This document shows positions 36,050-48,960 of a stretch of DNA of 64,000 nt, piece by piece. The notes under the pieces were generated by a model. It did no database searches and was not told where the DNA came from. It saw only the letters and a program-made list of their open reading frames with translations. The DNA comes from Phoronis australis (lineage: Eukaryota > Animalia > Phoronida): positions 186,001-250,000 of the forward strand of contig NMRA01000475.1 in assembly GCA_002633005.1 (NCBI GenBank), read 5' to 3'. The position numbers were made by a program, and so were the translations under genes. How positions within the stretch are numbered: the first letter of the stretch is position 1; every line of letters begins with the position of its first letter.

Positions 36050-36900
36050 TTCTGGTCGGTTGAGTGGTTACATGAAAGATAGGCCTATCACATTTGCAAC
36101 GTTTATTTGGTGGCACGCCTTCGTGGTAGCCGAAGAAGCACTATTGGTGCGATTCTACTGCAGACAACAAATCCTTGGTGTGGTTGGTGATACGCCAACC
36201 TTTTGAGTCATAGCTACAGAAAACCTGTGAAGGTCGTGGATCGTCCTTCCATGTTTTTCAAAGTGTCCACGTACACCAGCGTGGCCTCTTTGACCATCGC
36301 GTAAATTTGATGACATCGACAGCCCAGTCCTGCAGTCTGAAGCAGGCGCGCTCCGTGAAAGAATTTATTATAACCTTTGATTTGAAGGAACAAACCACGG
36401 ATGTTATAGGACAAAAACTAATACATATAAAAACATAGGCCTTGGCATATTGCTCATCGTCTTGCCAAGTAGGTAGGAACGACAGATGAGTTCCTGACCC
36501 TGTTCGAGTCCTAGTTTCTTGCCAACTTTCACGACTTCTGTATCAGTATCACCCCTTTTACATTCTTCGGTCAAATCTGTAGCACATCTTCACTTTTTGT
36601 TAGTGCCGTTGCTGAGCGAAATGCATTTGTTGTCTGAATGTTCCGCATTACTGCAGGATGCTGTTCTTCCACATGCGATGAGACACTGTACTTTGCGTGA
36701 CGCCATAGATGACGTTAGCGCTACCAGATCGCTAGGAAGGTCTGTTTCTATTTTGAAATGGATTCCATGTGCTTTTGAGAAATAATTTCTTCTAGCAGCA
36801 AATTTAACACAGTCGATAGATTGACTGTCTTGCAATGCCTTACAATACAGGAACGCGGTGATATCTGTAAGTAGAGCAACGGTCACTTTGATGTCAATGT
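36050..36900 (-). pseudogene. Possible decayed PAN/apple plus C-type-lectin-like coding sequence
   Basis: SRKVQCLIACGRTASCSNAEHSDNKCISL has PAN-like C-x3-C-x5-C-x9-C spacing; downstream frameshifted ERACFRLQ and ATLVYVDTL pieces; stops present. Confidence 0.3.
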
Positions 36901-38544
36901 TGTGACATGTATTGCAGTGGCGGATCTAGGATATCACAAGGCGGGGGGGCAACATTTTGTCCGGCTGTAAGCATTTGCGCCAAACACGATTGTTGATGCG
37001 TATAGCACCGAATGGAGGGAGGTCGGGAGGGGGGGTTTATGTATGTTTATGTATTTAGAGACCTAATTGTTTGCGGTCCACAGCGTTTGCGCGCGAAACC
37101 TACTTCATTTTGTAATGCTTATTACATGTTTTATATTTTGTGCAATCGGTTCTTAACAAATTTTTTGTATTTAAAATATTCTTCAAATGCCCAAAAGACC
37201 AAATCCGTTTTTCGTGTTGGCAATAATGACGGGATTACTTTGGAAATCGTCTTAAGTTAAGGTTTGAAAAAGAGAGAATTATGAGTTTCTGAGTGATTCA
37301 CTAAGGCTTCAATTAAAATTCACATCTTACCAACAGCTTCTGTTTTTTCATCGTCACTCAGATTCCATTTTCTTTAAAAAATGAAGTAAATTTTCTTCAT
37401 AGCACAGTAGTGCAGACGACGGAAACGGGGTCGTAGTGCGCAGCGCCANCTCCCCCCTAATTCACACACACACGCACACATTTAAAGAATTCACCCGTAC
37501 AAAGTAATTTTGGTGACATAATTTTTGGCATCCCAATAGAGTGAATTTCTTAAAGATACTCCCCAAAAGGTCAAAATCAAACCCTAAATGCGTAACGTGC
37601 ATAACGTATCCCTGTCTGAAAGTGACCGTTAGTTATAAAGCGTGGACCTAAGTTTCAGACGGCTGCCTCCTCCCCGGGATTTGTCTCCCAAACAGCAAAG
37701 TCTATGCGTGTGTGGGTGAGCAAAATTGATGATGACCGGGTGGTGAGGCGTAAATGATGCTGACAGGTAGCAATCTGAAATTTGGGACTATGAGGGACAA
37801 GGGCTCTGCGAAGTCGACTAAGTTTGTAACCCCCTCCTCTAATGTTTACCTGAGTTCTCACAGCGTTATTCGCGAGCAACAAGTGATGTCTGTACCCTGG
37901 AAAGGGTTGAGTGCCAAAATATGTGCTCAACGCTCACTAGATTCGTAGCAAGGTTTGGCTGTGGATCCGCGATTTTTACCGGTTGAGAAAACACATCTTT
38001 TATAAGGCTCATTTGAAACATGAAAACGCATTAGATATTACAATGGGTATATGCATCACGCATCATGCATTTGTGGAAAAAGGCTTTAGACGTCCATTTT
38101 GGTTCCTGTTCATTTACTCCCCTTGACCACATAAGCTCAGTTGCATTCAACCGTCCCGTCAATGATTCACTCAACATGGGTTGCGTACCAAGTTTATTGT
38201 AAGAAAAGATCTCGCAAGAACACGTAAACACGCCCGTGAAAGGCCAGTGCTTCGCGACTAAGACCGAGACCTTACTAAAATAGATTAGCAAACTAGGAAT
38301 CACTCATTGAAGTGCAATTTTAGTCATTTTACTTGAAATTTTGTCAGTATCAAATTGTAGTGCGCAAGTGGAAATAATTTTCTGAGAAGGGATTGTGTTT
38401 GTGAAAACGCCTGTGCTGATCGGAAGAGAGAAAAATACCCGCCTTGAACTCGTGTGTGTCACCTCCCACCATTAAGGTGTAACGAATACTTCTGACACAA
38501 CAAAGCTAACTGTGAGCTTTGATTTATTTTAGAGGTCTACTCAC

Positions 38545-38657
38545 CTTGCAACGGTTTGCTGTTCTAGCCAAAATATGATGATAAATACAAGAAATGTGAA
38601 ACGAACACATTCTAGAGGTATCCGATGTACACAGCAATTTGTTTTTTTTTTCATCAT
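38545..38657 (-). CDS. Leader (signal/anchor) exon, paralog B
   Basis: MMKKKTNCCVHRIPLECVRFTFLVFIIIFWLEQQTVA AG|gtgagtag; homologous to 60858-60973 with the same frame and donor. No downstream exon identified. Confidence 0.5.
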
Positions 38658-39649
38658 TATCTTAGAAATCATTTGTCACGAAAATACAACACGTCGATTG
38701 TTGCTATTAGTTCACTGACTGAGAGAAGTATCCTCTCGTGTGACATTTATATAAAAATGACATTAATAATAAAGATATTTCACTCTCAGATCTATTTTTC
38801 ACTGAGAATTCGCTTCCACTCAGTATGTCAAATCATGTGCCATGTAAACAGCATAATTATTTCCAATATTCGTGCGAAAAACTTGGATAGATGAGTGTGT
38901 CATACCAGAACGTCCGAGGATTTCGTGGAAAGGTGGTGGGGCTGGCGGATACGGGCGACTTTGCCTCTAAACATACTTCGAATGCAAGACCGCCCATTGG
39001 GTTGGTACCTTGATTGTACAACGCCTAGTCTCTTTTCATTCGTTTTTGTCATGTTTTCGAGATCAGTGCATCCAAAAATCATGTTCGGGACTGGTTATGT
39101 TTTTACATGAAAATCACACATGAACGGAGCTCAAGTAGCACCTCAAAGTCTCTAAAGCTCTTCACTGACGTTCGGCATTATTCTTTGTGGTTTGGAAGAA
39201 CGATTCCTTGCTCACACAGGCAATGTCTGATAGAGTATACCTCGCAAAACAAGTCAAAGAGCATTAGCACCATATACGCGTTTAAATATAAGCACCGAGG
39301 TTAAAAGATAATAAACCCCTATGTTCATTATTGCTGGATATTAATGCTGAAATAACTCTTAAATCTTCTAAACAAAAATAATAATGTTCAGGTATTTGCC
39401 CTGACACCGTGCAGACCTTGGCTGGTGGTGCGGAAGCTTCAGCGATAGCCATGATTCAGCCCAGTCGGCTACCAAGAGTGAAATGGCCGAACATGGACTA
39501 GTAAAAAGCGTGGAAATACTTGCATCCCGCCGTGATGTCATTACGAAAACAATTCTGCATGGTGGAATAGAAAATGTTATTTACAGTTTATAGTTACAGA
39601 ATAGACGGGAATACAGGAATAAAACATCAGAAATGAACTCAGGTGTTTG

Positions 39650-41190
39650 ACGCAAGCCTACTGCAGAGCAGAAAAAAGCCAAAAGTTCCCATTAGAACAG
39701 CTGAACGAAGCCAGTTGAGGAAGGTGAAACAAGTAGAGAATTCTCTGAAAGCTAAGTGTTAGACAATGATCACAATTTATTGGAGATCCATCAAGTTCAT
39801 CCCGAATCTGGTAGGACCGGAAAAGTCCAGAAATCTAATGTTGTCACGTTTTTCCCCGTGTGTGGGTGGGCGCAGGTTGTTACAGACCGGTGCTAATAGC
39901 TTTCGGTGCGAAGATTGACTGAAGACTGGTTCGAGTTAATCCTTTATTAATCCCGATCGTACGTTCACAAGCCTACTCAAACAAAACGTCCGACGTAATG
40001 TCTGTTTATGCTCCAGCCAGTGCTGCGAAGCCTTGACTTGTGATGAACGTCTGAGACACGTTCAGCAAATGTTACACTCGTCTATTCAATAACCTGCTGT
40101 CTCTATAGCTGGCTCTCTATTGACTATCGCTGTAACTACTGATTCTCTTCACTGCAACTCAACTGTAGTTCACCTGATTAACTTTCTTGAACTTACTTGA
40201 TCTTCTCGTGAATTGACTTGATCTTCTTGGACTCAACTAACTAACACAAACCCGTGCTTGTATATTTATAGCCTAATGCACTGTTCTAGAACTTTTCATC
40301 AATTCAAGCACATACCAGAACTTTCTGGAACCTACCCAATCATTCTATAAACATGTACTAGTCTCTAGAATATTCCAGACTGCATTAATCACTGTCATGC
40401 TAGAGTCTTCTAGAAAGTTCCACACTATACTGCAATAAACAAATTACATCCTCACTGTACTTAACTCAGGGGTCATGCCAATCAAACAGAATAACAAAAC
40501 AAAACAATACAACTAAAATACTGTCAGACTATATTCTGACAAATGTCACCTAAGGAAGGCCTCTAGAGGTACTCGAGAGAAGCGCACAGGGGTGCATCGA
40601 GGCCAGTGCCATTAGGTGGGTGCAGGCAAATTTGACCCGTAGACCAGTTAGATGCGGGAATGCCTTCTTGGAAGAAGGTGCGAAATGTGTTCAAGAAGGA
40701 AAGGTCATGATCAGCCCCTGGGCAATATATGACACTCTATATAAAATTTATCAGAAGTTTCCGAAGCTCCTGAGACAACTGTGGCAGTTCCCGAGGAAGA
40801 TATGGTCCAAAGGTGTGACACCAAGGGAATGGAAGATTGTAGAAAGGTTGCTTCGTGCCGTAAGAGATGAACTCTGATTCCATTGAACAATGCCGCTCCA
40901 TTGGGCCCCTAAGCATCGAGGGGAAGTTTTCTCCACAGACTGATCATGATTACCAACAAATGTTGAAACATCTATTCAGAAGGGAGACATCCAGGTTTTG
41001 CAGGATGCTCACGTTTTGAGCCAACTCATCCCTGAGACTAAGAAGAAAGAGGCGAGTTTCAGTACCTGTGTCTGGTTAGACCTAGCGAGCGCATACGGTT
41101 TCATCCCACACCTACTGAAAGACGTCGCTTTGTCGCACCATAGATTATAGACAACAGATTCGCAACTCCGACATTTTCTTGCGTAGTATC
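39650..41190 (+). mobile_element. Decayed RLE-type LINE (HERO/NeSL-like) RT region, interrupted by a solo LTR
   Basis: LYKIYQKFPKLLRQLW...WSKGVTPREWK, SIEGKVF, SIQKG and VWLDLASAYGFIPH motifs with frameshifts. Confidence 0.75.
39842..40541 (-). mobile_element. Solo LTR (Gypsy- or BEL-type), 700 bp
   Basis: TGTCA...TGACA termini; perfect 5-bp TSD AATGT (39837-39841 and 40542-40546); minus-strand TATAAATA (about 40263-40270) and AATAAA (about 39943). Confidence 0.9.
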
Positions 41191-41199
41191 CTAGAGGAG

Positions 41200-42185
41200 G
41201 CGCCACTCTCCTAAATTACCAATTTCAGTTTCCAGCTAGTGCATTGTGACGAGAAATTCTCGCATCTATTTAAGTAGTAACAGCAACTTGACTGAGAACC
41301 TCTTTGTGCTCAAATTTCCTAAATACGTGAAAGTTGCACAGAAATGACATTGGTTTGTGCGCTGCAAGAGAGTGTTGAATGTCAATGTGGAACATGCGTA
41401 TGATTCAGTCGGGAGCCAATCTTTGTTCGGCACATTTTAAGGAATCGTGTTTCGACCAAGCACAAAAGCGGCGTCACGATGAAGGACTCGTCAAATTGTA
41501 AGTGTATTTGCAAATTTTATAAATAACGAAAAAAATGCCTACATTCTAGGGCGAATGATGCCTGGCTCTCGACCCCAGCACGGATCGAGTGCAACGGACA
41601 CGTCTAGACTTATGCATTGTGTTTAGACCGTGCTCATTCCATCATGGCAATAGGATGACCCAGGTTTACTGTAATTTTGTCATCAGTGATTATTAAGTGT
41701 ACATGTATTTTATGAAAATTGACCTCCCCTTGGTTTAGTTGCTGTGACTTACATATGTCTGCAGCATTTCTTGTGCAAGTGAGTCGAGTTCATACGGCCT
41801 CAAAGCCGACGAAAGTTCAGTAATTCATTATCTGATTCTTCAAGTACATGAATGTGATGACCGTAACCACTCTCTTCTCTTTTTCATTCTAATTGTCCAG
41901 TTCTCGCTCAAGATCGTCCTAGTCGTCTGATCTGCTATGTTCCGCCACTGCAATTGATTGTCAAATGACCAAATGTCTTCCACCCATTACGTCATTTGGC
42001 GGGAGCCTTGAAAATAACAATTTCAAAATTAAAAAAAAAATTCGCGACTGTTTAGAATCAAAATTCGCGACTGTTTAGAATCAAAAGTGCTTATTTAGTT
42101 AGATTTTATGGTATTTATTTTATATTGACTAACTGAAACCTCAAAAACTAAGAAAACGTATGAACTTTTTAGTCACCTCCTGTTT
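41200..42185 (+). mobile_element. THAP-domain DNA transposon remnant (Kolobok/P-like, different family)
   Basis: 41290-41500 reads LFVLKFPKYVKVAQK*HWFVRCKR...NLCSAHFKESCFD, the THAP FP..W..CSxHF signature. Ends not defined. Confidence 0.65.
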
Positions 42186-44556
42186 ATGGGTATAAGACGA
42201 TGGTCCATTGCTGCTTACATTGTATTAATGCTTGGGTAAGCAGCATGTAGGGCAGGGCAGATAGAATTAAAGACCATTGACTTTTATTATATTTATTTTG
42301 TGGAGGAGTTGTCAATTACAGGACATACACTGGAATATACATGTATCAGAATTGTGTACCAGTAAATGTCGGATCCAACTGAATTGAGGGATTGAATTCG
42401 AGTTCGTTGAAATCTGACTTTTGCTGAAATGAATTGAATGTACCAGCACAGTAAATTTGTCCTAGCTAGACATATCCCGTTTATGTCACAGTTCTTTTTT
42501 TTTCTACTGTATGATGGTGGTATTTTGAAATAAATCGAAACTTTATTGCTTGAAATGGTATCTCAATGTGTTGTTTCCGTAAGTGTGAAGACTTTACAAG
42601 CTCGGCCTAAAAACTTTGGGAATGCAGTGATTCAATGGCGCGAGAGCGGGCCCGATTGACAGCTGGTAAACAACTGAAAGATTATGTTCTATACAATTAT
42701 AAAGACCGAAAAAGGTTAATGACTGTATATTCCCACGTAGGTGATATAAAGGAAATATTTTCCAAATTTTCTACGTTTCGGTGATTGTCTTTTCCACTGA
42801 GCAGGCAAAGCCTCCTAGGCCCTAGCAGCACTCAATGAGAATTTCAGCCATAAGCATTAGGAATTTTGTTTGTGCAATGGCTTATATGACCGTCTAAGCA
42901 ATGCGTGGGTCACAGGTTTACATTGTTTTAGCAATTTCTTAAACCTCTCTAGTATTTCAAATTTTATTCTGAAAATTTCTCGGCTTCCTTAAGGTCAGCG
43001 TGCTTTTGTTGATATTTCTTCCCCTACCAATATCGCGGACCGCGTGGCACGCACTGTCTGGCTTGCGAGTAGTGACTTGTCCTCTCCATATAGATCTAAT
43101 TCACGCGGCAGACATTAAAATCCAAAGCGAGGCTTACTGCGATAAACAAAGCGGAAGCTGACATTGCTCGAGTTAAATGGCTGGTCTTTCGAGTCAAACC
43201 TGTGTATTAAATCTTAAAAAAGTGCCAATAATTAACCACAGAGACGTAGAAAAATACATTAGAGAACAAGTCAATGCGCAAAAGAGTTGTCTAACGGAAG
43301 GGTATAAGTTTTATTCTTAAAACTACGTTCGAAACGTGAAAAGTAAATATGACCAAATTGCGGCGATCGTGTTACGGATTAGGAATACGGTGAATACGGG
43401 GTTACTTTTCTTCTCGTAAATTGTTGATAAAAATGCTTTGTACACAAACCCGGTCATCTGCTCGCATTTCTGAGGAGTTGAAGATATGATTGACAGTGGT
43501 GGCTCATCGCATTTTGCTGTCATGTGCAAACCACACGTGGTTTAATTTGTTGATAAACTCAACGTCAAGCAAAGCTTAGGCCCTGGTAGTTGGTCTGTCA
43601 TTGATCTGCAAGAATGATTGATGTTGTTAAAATTATTTTTTATAAAATAAAAAACCAATCAATTCTGCTTTCTTGGTTTTAATTTATAATTCTTACATCT
43701 ATTTCACGTGTCAGGTTTCAAATATCAATCTGGACAAGGTGAAATTTAAAATCAAAACACCTAGTTCGTTCGTCTAAAGCACAACCTGAAAAAATAACCC
43801 ATCTCGGTTTAGAGCTTAATTAAATTTAACTGGGCAGAGCAAGGATAGCTGTCATATTCCTTCAGGGGCCTCGTTTTTAATGTTTATTATGAAATATTCA
43901 GTACAATAAATATACATACCCACAAAGCGCCAAGAGGCATTGTACTTGGGTTAAATAAACACAAAGAAATCTATATACAATTAGTATACACAAACACATA
44001 GATTAAAAAACTCGCTTATCCAAGGGTGAAGGTGCCTCTGTCTTCTGAAAGGGGAATCTTTTCTCCGAGTGAGCCATTTAACGGAGTTATCGTAGTGAGC
44101 CTCGTTTTGAAGCGCGCTTCCTGTCTGCGTGAATTAAGTTTATTCAGCCTTCATGTTAAGCTGTAGCGTGTCAGTTCGTTAAACAAATTCGCAAAGTAGT
44201 CTCTGTGAACTTGGTTATAATAACCAACACAGTTACAGTGAAAAGTTTCTCCATCGAAATCCTGGTCTTTCTATCCGACAAATCACGGTGATTTCATGAA
44301 CGTGAATGAAGTCTGGACAGCTGTCTGGCATATGGGGTTTCACCATGAGTAGGCACTGGTCAGTGATATAGTAAACAAAACACAAGGATGTCCGGAATGG
44401 TTATATAACATAAATTGCTTGCTGGGACAGTGGTACGTCTTGAGAAATGATTAAACTTGCACTTAATTAACTTCATGAGAATTCATGACTTCTGTAAAAT
44501 TGTGTCAAATGGCTTGTGGCCTCTGAAAAAAATAAATTAATTAATTAATCAATGAA

Positions 44557-44557
<1 letters not shown>

Positions 44558-44594
<37 letters not shown>

Positions 44595-44605
44595 GTGCGT
44601 GTGCG
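44558..44605. repeat. (GT)n microsatellite
   Basis: Seen directly. Confidence 0.95.
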
Positions 44606-44704
44606 NTTTTTTACCCAATAAAAATCATATTACGTCGCTGATTGACTTTCCCATAAGACTTACCCACACGCGAATCTGCTCTGGCTCAAGTCTGGTGGTT
44701 TTAA

Positions 44705-46309
44705 AGGAGAATGCCACCCGATTTAATTAGTCTTTTTTGCCGTCTTAATCGGTCTATATCCACATCGCCTCGCATACGGTCGACCTTACCTTGCCAAGAG
44801 GTGTCGCGTTAACCTGTGAGGAAGGTGGGAAACGACGCTAGCGACGTCAGCGGTTCATATGCAGAGTGAATGCCGCTATGTTGAGGTGTATCTTTCCCGC
44901 TTGTCCAAACTAAGCAGCTGCGAGGAAAGCGGGTATATCATTTTTTTACTTCCTCGAGAGTCCAAAATGCTTAGGAAGTAGCACATGGTAGTGCAGAATG
45001 AAATGTACGCTGTAAATAGCAAGTATGAGGCCGTGAAACATCTCCGAGTCTGTGGCCTGCAGACGTCGACAATGCCTGACGAATTTCTTCATCACTGTAT
45101 TCCTGTTCGAATTTATAGCCTGTAAATCTTAACGATCCACCTGCGAAGTCGGGACTGATGAGCTCTGGCGGGATTGCGAGATGCCATGTTGGCTTATATT
45201 ACTGAGCATTCTGTTTCAAAATGAATTATTCTAACCCTAACCAATACTTATACAAAACTGGAACAAAGTGTGTCTCATTAGATGCAATTTGTAATGCCTT
45301 TGGAGTGTTCGTGAGTGCAAGTGATTTGAGAAGCCAGCAATGAATAAATCACTGCGTTACCGGCTTTAGGTGCAATAAAACTACATGTAATTGACGGGAC
45401 ACCGAGGCCGTGTGAGCTCATGCTAATTTAGTGTTTGCTGGCAGAAACTATTGTGAAACAACTCGATTTCCATCCCACGGCCAGGAGTTCGGGAAATCTT
45501 TATTTACATTTCCATTACTCAAATAATGATTGTCAATGTACAACTTCTGCCCTGGGTGCCTGTGGCCAAAGCGGAACCTGAATTCGCGGCCCCCGACGAG
45601 TAAGTAGATTTGCAGTTTCGTGGCTAATTCACCAACATAATCACGTGCACATTGCTTTGCTCACTAGAATAGTATTTTCTTGAGTGGAAGTTTAGTTTCC
45701 ACTGAACTTTGGCTGGTTTATGTTCGTGATGTCTGATTAGTTTCCGAGCCACTGGCCGGGATAACGAGTCAATCCGGGCCCGGCCGCGACGGGCCTGATC
45801 GGGCTCCGAGCCACTGGCCAGGATAACAAGCGTTTTGTGTTTAGAACTCAAAAAATCACAAGTCTAAACAACACAGATCTAGGTTCTCCTGTCTGTATCT
45901 CACGGAAAATACTTCGAAATTATCTCTGAACAGACCCCAAACTCCTGCTACGGACCTTATTGGCCTGCCGAACTTTGTAGGCTACGTGTGTCCAAATACC
46001 AATAAACCCGTAAGAGCGAAATAAAACAACACATTTTTATAAGATCTCGGTGTATTTTTAAGGGTTTTACATCGAAGTCTGATGATTTATTGGTGTTAAA
46101 CGATGACTTCAAGCGATAAGCTGACACCAGTAACCCGTGTTGTGAACTGCTGAACAGACTGCGTGTGAAACGGATGACGTCATTGGATAATTTCAACACC
46201 TCCGTCTGCCGTCAGGTGTCAGGTAACGCAACCGTACGTGTCGTTATGGAGTAGAACTACTCGATCTAAATTGATACAAATTAGGTTGTTTTTTGGGTGG
46301 CATGCTCCT
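44705..46309. mobile_element. Kolobok deletion derivative (copy 2), inverted relative to copy 1
   Basis: TTAA|AGGAGAATGCCA ... TGGCATGCTCCT|TTAA; THAP remnant MLRCIFPACPN...PRESKMLRK*...HLRVCGL at 44878-45062; long homology to 28918-31028. Confidence 0.88.
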
Positions 46310-46332
46310 TTAACAGGCGTAAGGACATGACC

Positions 46333-46487
46333 TGGCGTGCGTTCAGTAGACGCTAGGACCTACGCTAGGACCTAGCTAAAACCTAGTCAAAGTCACGTGT
46401 TTTCATTTAAAATACACGGCAATATCTCACGTAATCTCGCGAAGTCTTGCTTTTTAGCGAGGTCCTAGCGTTACTGAACGGGAGGCT
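46333..46487. mobile_element. MITE copy just outside Kolobok copy 2
   Basis: Reverse complement of 28995-29147. Confidence 0.8.
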
Positions 46488-46896
46488 GATATAGCGAATT
46501 GTGAGCGTGCTATCGTTGCCACGAGCGGTTACCAACGTCTTACGTTTTACAAAACTTAGGGAGATAGTACATTAACGTGAATCGACGTACATGTATTTTC
46601 ACATTGCTTTCTGTTGTATATTCGTTTAAAATATACTTCATGTAACGTTGAGATAATTTTTAATTAACAGTTTGTTATTTGTAAACTGTATTTATTGAAA
46701 AAATTACTTATTCGTCGGTTCCTCGCACTCTCCCAAAAAGCTTGAATCTGCCATTCAATGAAAAGCAGACGAAACGATTACACTTTGCCGTAAACGGCAT
46801 TTTTAACGTTGGGCAGATCTTTGCTTTGATTTGTTTGCATTGTTTCTTCTGTGTTTGGCTTTCAAATTTGCCGAATGGAGTGGAGCTTGTGTTGAC

Positions 46897-47000
46897 TGGG
46901 TCGAGGGGGTTGTGGGCTGTGGGTCGAGGAGGTCGTGGGTCGAGGTTCGAGGGGGTTGTGGGTCGAGGGAGGAGTCATGGGTCGAAGGGGTCGAGGAGGT
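46897..47000. repeat. G-rich GGGTCGAGG/GGGTTGT minisatellite
   Basis: About six GGGTCGA units with G-tracts. Confidence 0.8.
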
Positions 47001-48289
47001 TTTAGAACAATCCACTCTTCCGCTAGCGATTGCATCTGGTATAATGTGAAAATTCAAACCTCAGGCTTATTACACTATAACTCCCTGTTGCACACCTGAG
47101 AAATGATTTGTGTGTCACCAGTGTTCCACTGGCATTTTTATCCGTCCAAGAACTTACTCAAGAATCTTACGACTGCCAGATATCGCGTGTTAGTTATATT
47201 TTAAGAAAATGACGGCAAGTAAGGCGTGGAACCCGACCCCCCGAAATATAGATACTTTTTATCTTGTTTGTTTGTAATTTCTATTGGAAATTTGCTTTTC
47301 ATCTGTATGTCAAGTTCAAAATAGAGTCAAATGAGAGTCAAATAGTCAAATGTTCCGAGTCAAAAGTACATCAGAGAACGACTGAGGATTGTGAATGACG
47401 TCGCGTAGGACTTTTGAAGTCTAATAGCCGTGGTTTTAAACGTCTGTTGACGGAATCCATTGCTGTTGCGAGTTGGAGTTCGTACATGCGAATATTTGAA
47501 TGAAATACACCAGTGCGAGCATAAAACTCTAGACCTAGAATGCCAACTCTCGCACGTTACCCATGTTTCTAATATTAGAGCAAAAAGTGCGTGCGTGTAT
47601 TATTTCTATTTTCAGTTGTTTCTATAATAATTCATTTGTGTAATGTTTACCCAGGTGCTGTTTTTAATTCGATTTCTGAGAAGTAATGAGGCCTACTGTT
47701 TTCTGTATTTTGTAGTACCTACCTATACCCATGAAATAAAATTTTAAAAAATGAAAAGTTTAATTAGTAAAAGAACCCAATCCTGTACTTCGTTGCTGAC
47801 AGTTCATTGCCAATTGCCCATTATTGGCGGACTGTCCCACTTTTTTAGTTTTATCGCGCCATCTCACCACACCATCTAAATGTCCCGCGTTTTGACACAC
47901 GGCCAAATTGACATATTATCACATTCGATTCTAATTTCCGACGCGGCATAGCTATATTTTCCCGCTCGACTAATAAGAAAAAGAACGGGACGTTCCATGG
48001 GTTTTTGCGGCACCCGAAATTCCCCATTCAACTATAACAACAACAAAAACGCTCTCACGGCAATTTTGGGTGTTACATCTCCCGTTAAACAAAAAACGCT
48101 GACGGTACGTCGTTGTGTGTTGCAGCGAATATTTCACCCTTACGTTTTGGCTTAGACCCAGATGTCCCGCTTTTTATCCTGAAGTCCCGCTTTTTAATCC
48201 GGTTGTTTCGTTGTTTCGTTCTTGAGCTTTGACCGTTACCACTACATGTATGCAACAGGTGTTCAAAATAACGTCGTCCCTTTGTCATG

Positions 48290-48960
48290 AATATTGTTAT
48301 TTTCCAGAGTCCACTTTCTTTGGCAACATATCAATTGTAAAAATGTGTTCCAATGTCTCTTGATTACGGTAACATACACTATATGTATTTGTATCACTAA
48401 CCTTTACTTTCTGAACAAAGGAGTTTATTACCAAACTTTTATGGAAAGTCCTACACTGCAACCAGTGTGATGAGGTATCCTCAGTACATTTCAAAGCTAC
48501 GCAATAGATGTTTGCCCATTTTCTATCTATCAAAAAACCTTTATCTGCAGAATTTGAATAGATACTTGGAGTGATTTAGCGCACTTTTCGTATATGCCAC
48601 AGCATTCTGAATTTTTTACCTAAGAATGTAATTGTGAAACGACATCAAAGGTCGCGTTTTACAATGTATAAAGATGTAAAATTTTTGATGAATGCCTGAC
48701 TAAATTATCCAAAGCAATTGTGAGGGATCCATATTTGAAAACTTTTGTCTCTATAAGGTAGACATACTTTGAATCATTGAAATTATTTCCCTAATGGCTT
48801 AACAAGTCATTTATATAAACTCTCTGATTCATTTCTTTTTTATCTTACTATTACACGCTGTTATTTTCGCGTTTTGCTAACGCTCTTGGTTTTTAGAGTT
48901 AAAAAATACTTCAAACCAGTCAGGTATGCGATATGATAATTACTTATTGATTAAATTATT
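48290..48960 (-). mobile_element. L1/Tx1-like LINE 3' fragment
   Basis: KWANIY...CTEDT..HWLQ.R..H...SVC....ETLEHIF resembles the zf-RVT C-terminus. Confidence 0.65.

Noticed and set aside
44230-44450. Cys-containing minus-strand segment as the next exon of the SUEL gene
   Set aside because: The phase-1 frame closes after a few codons and no domain is recognisable.
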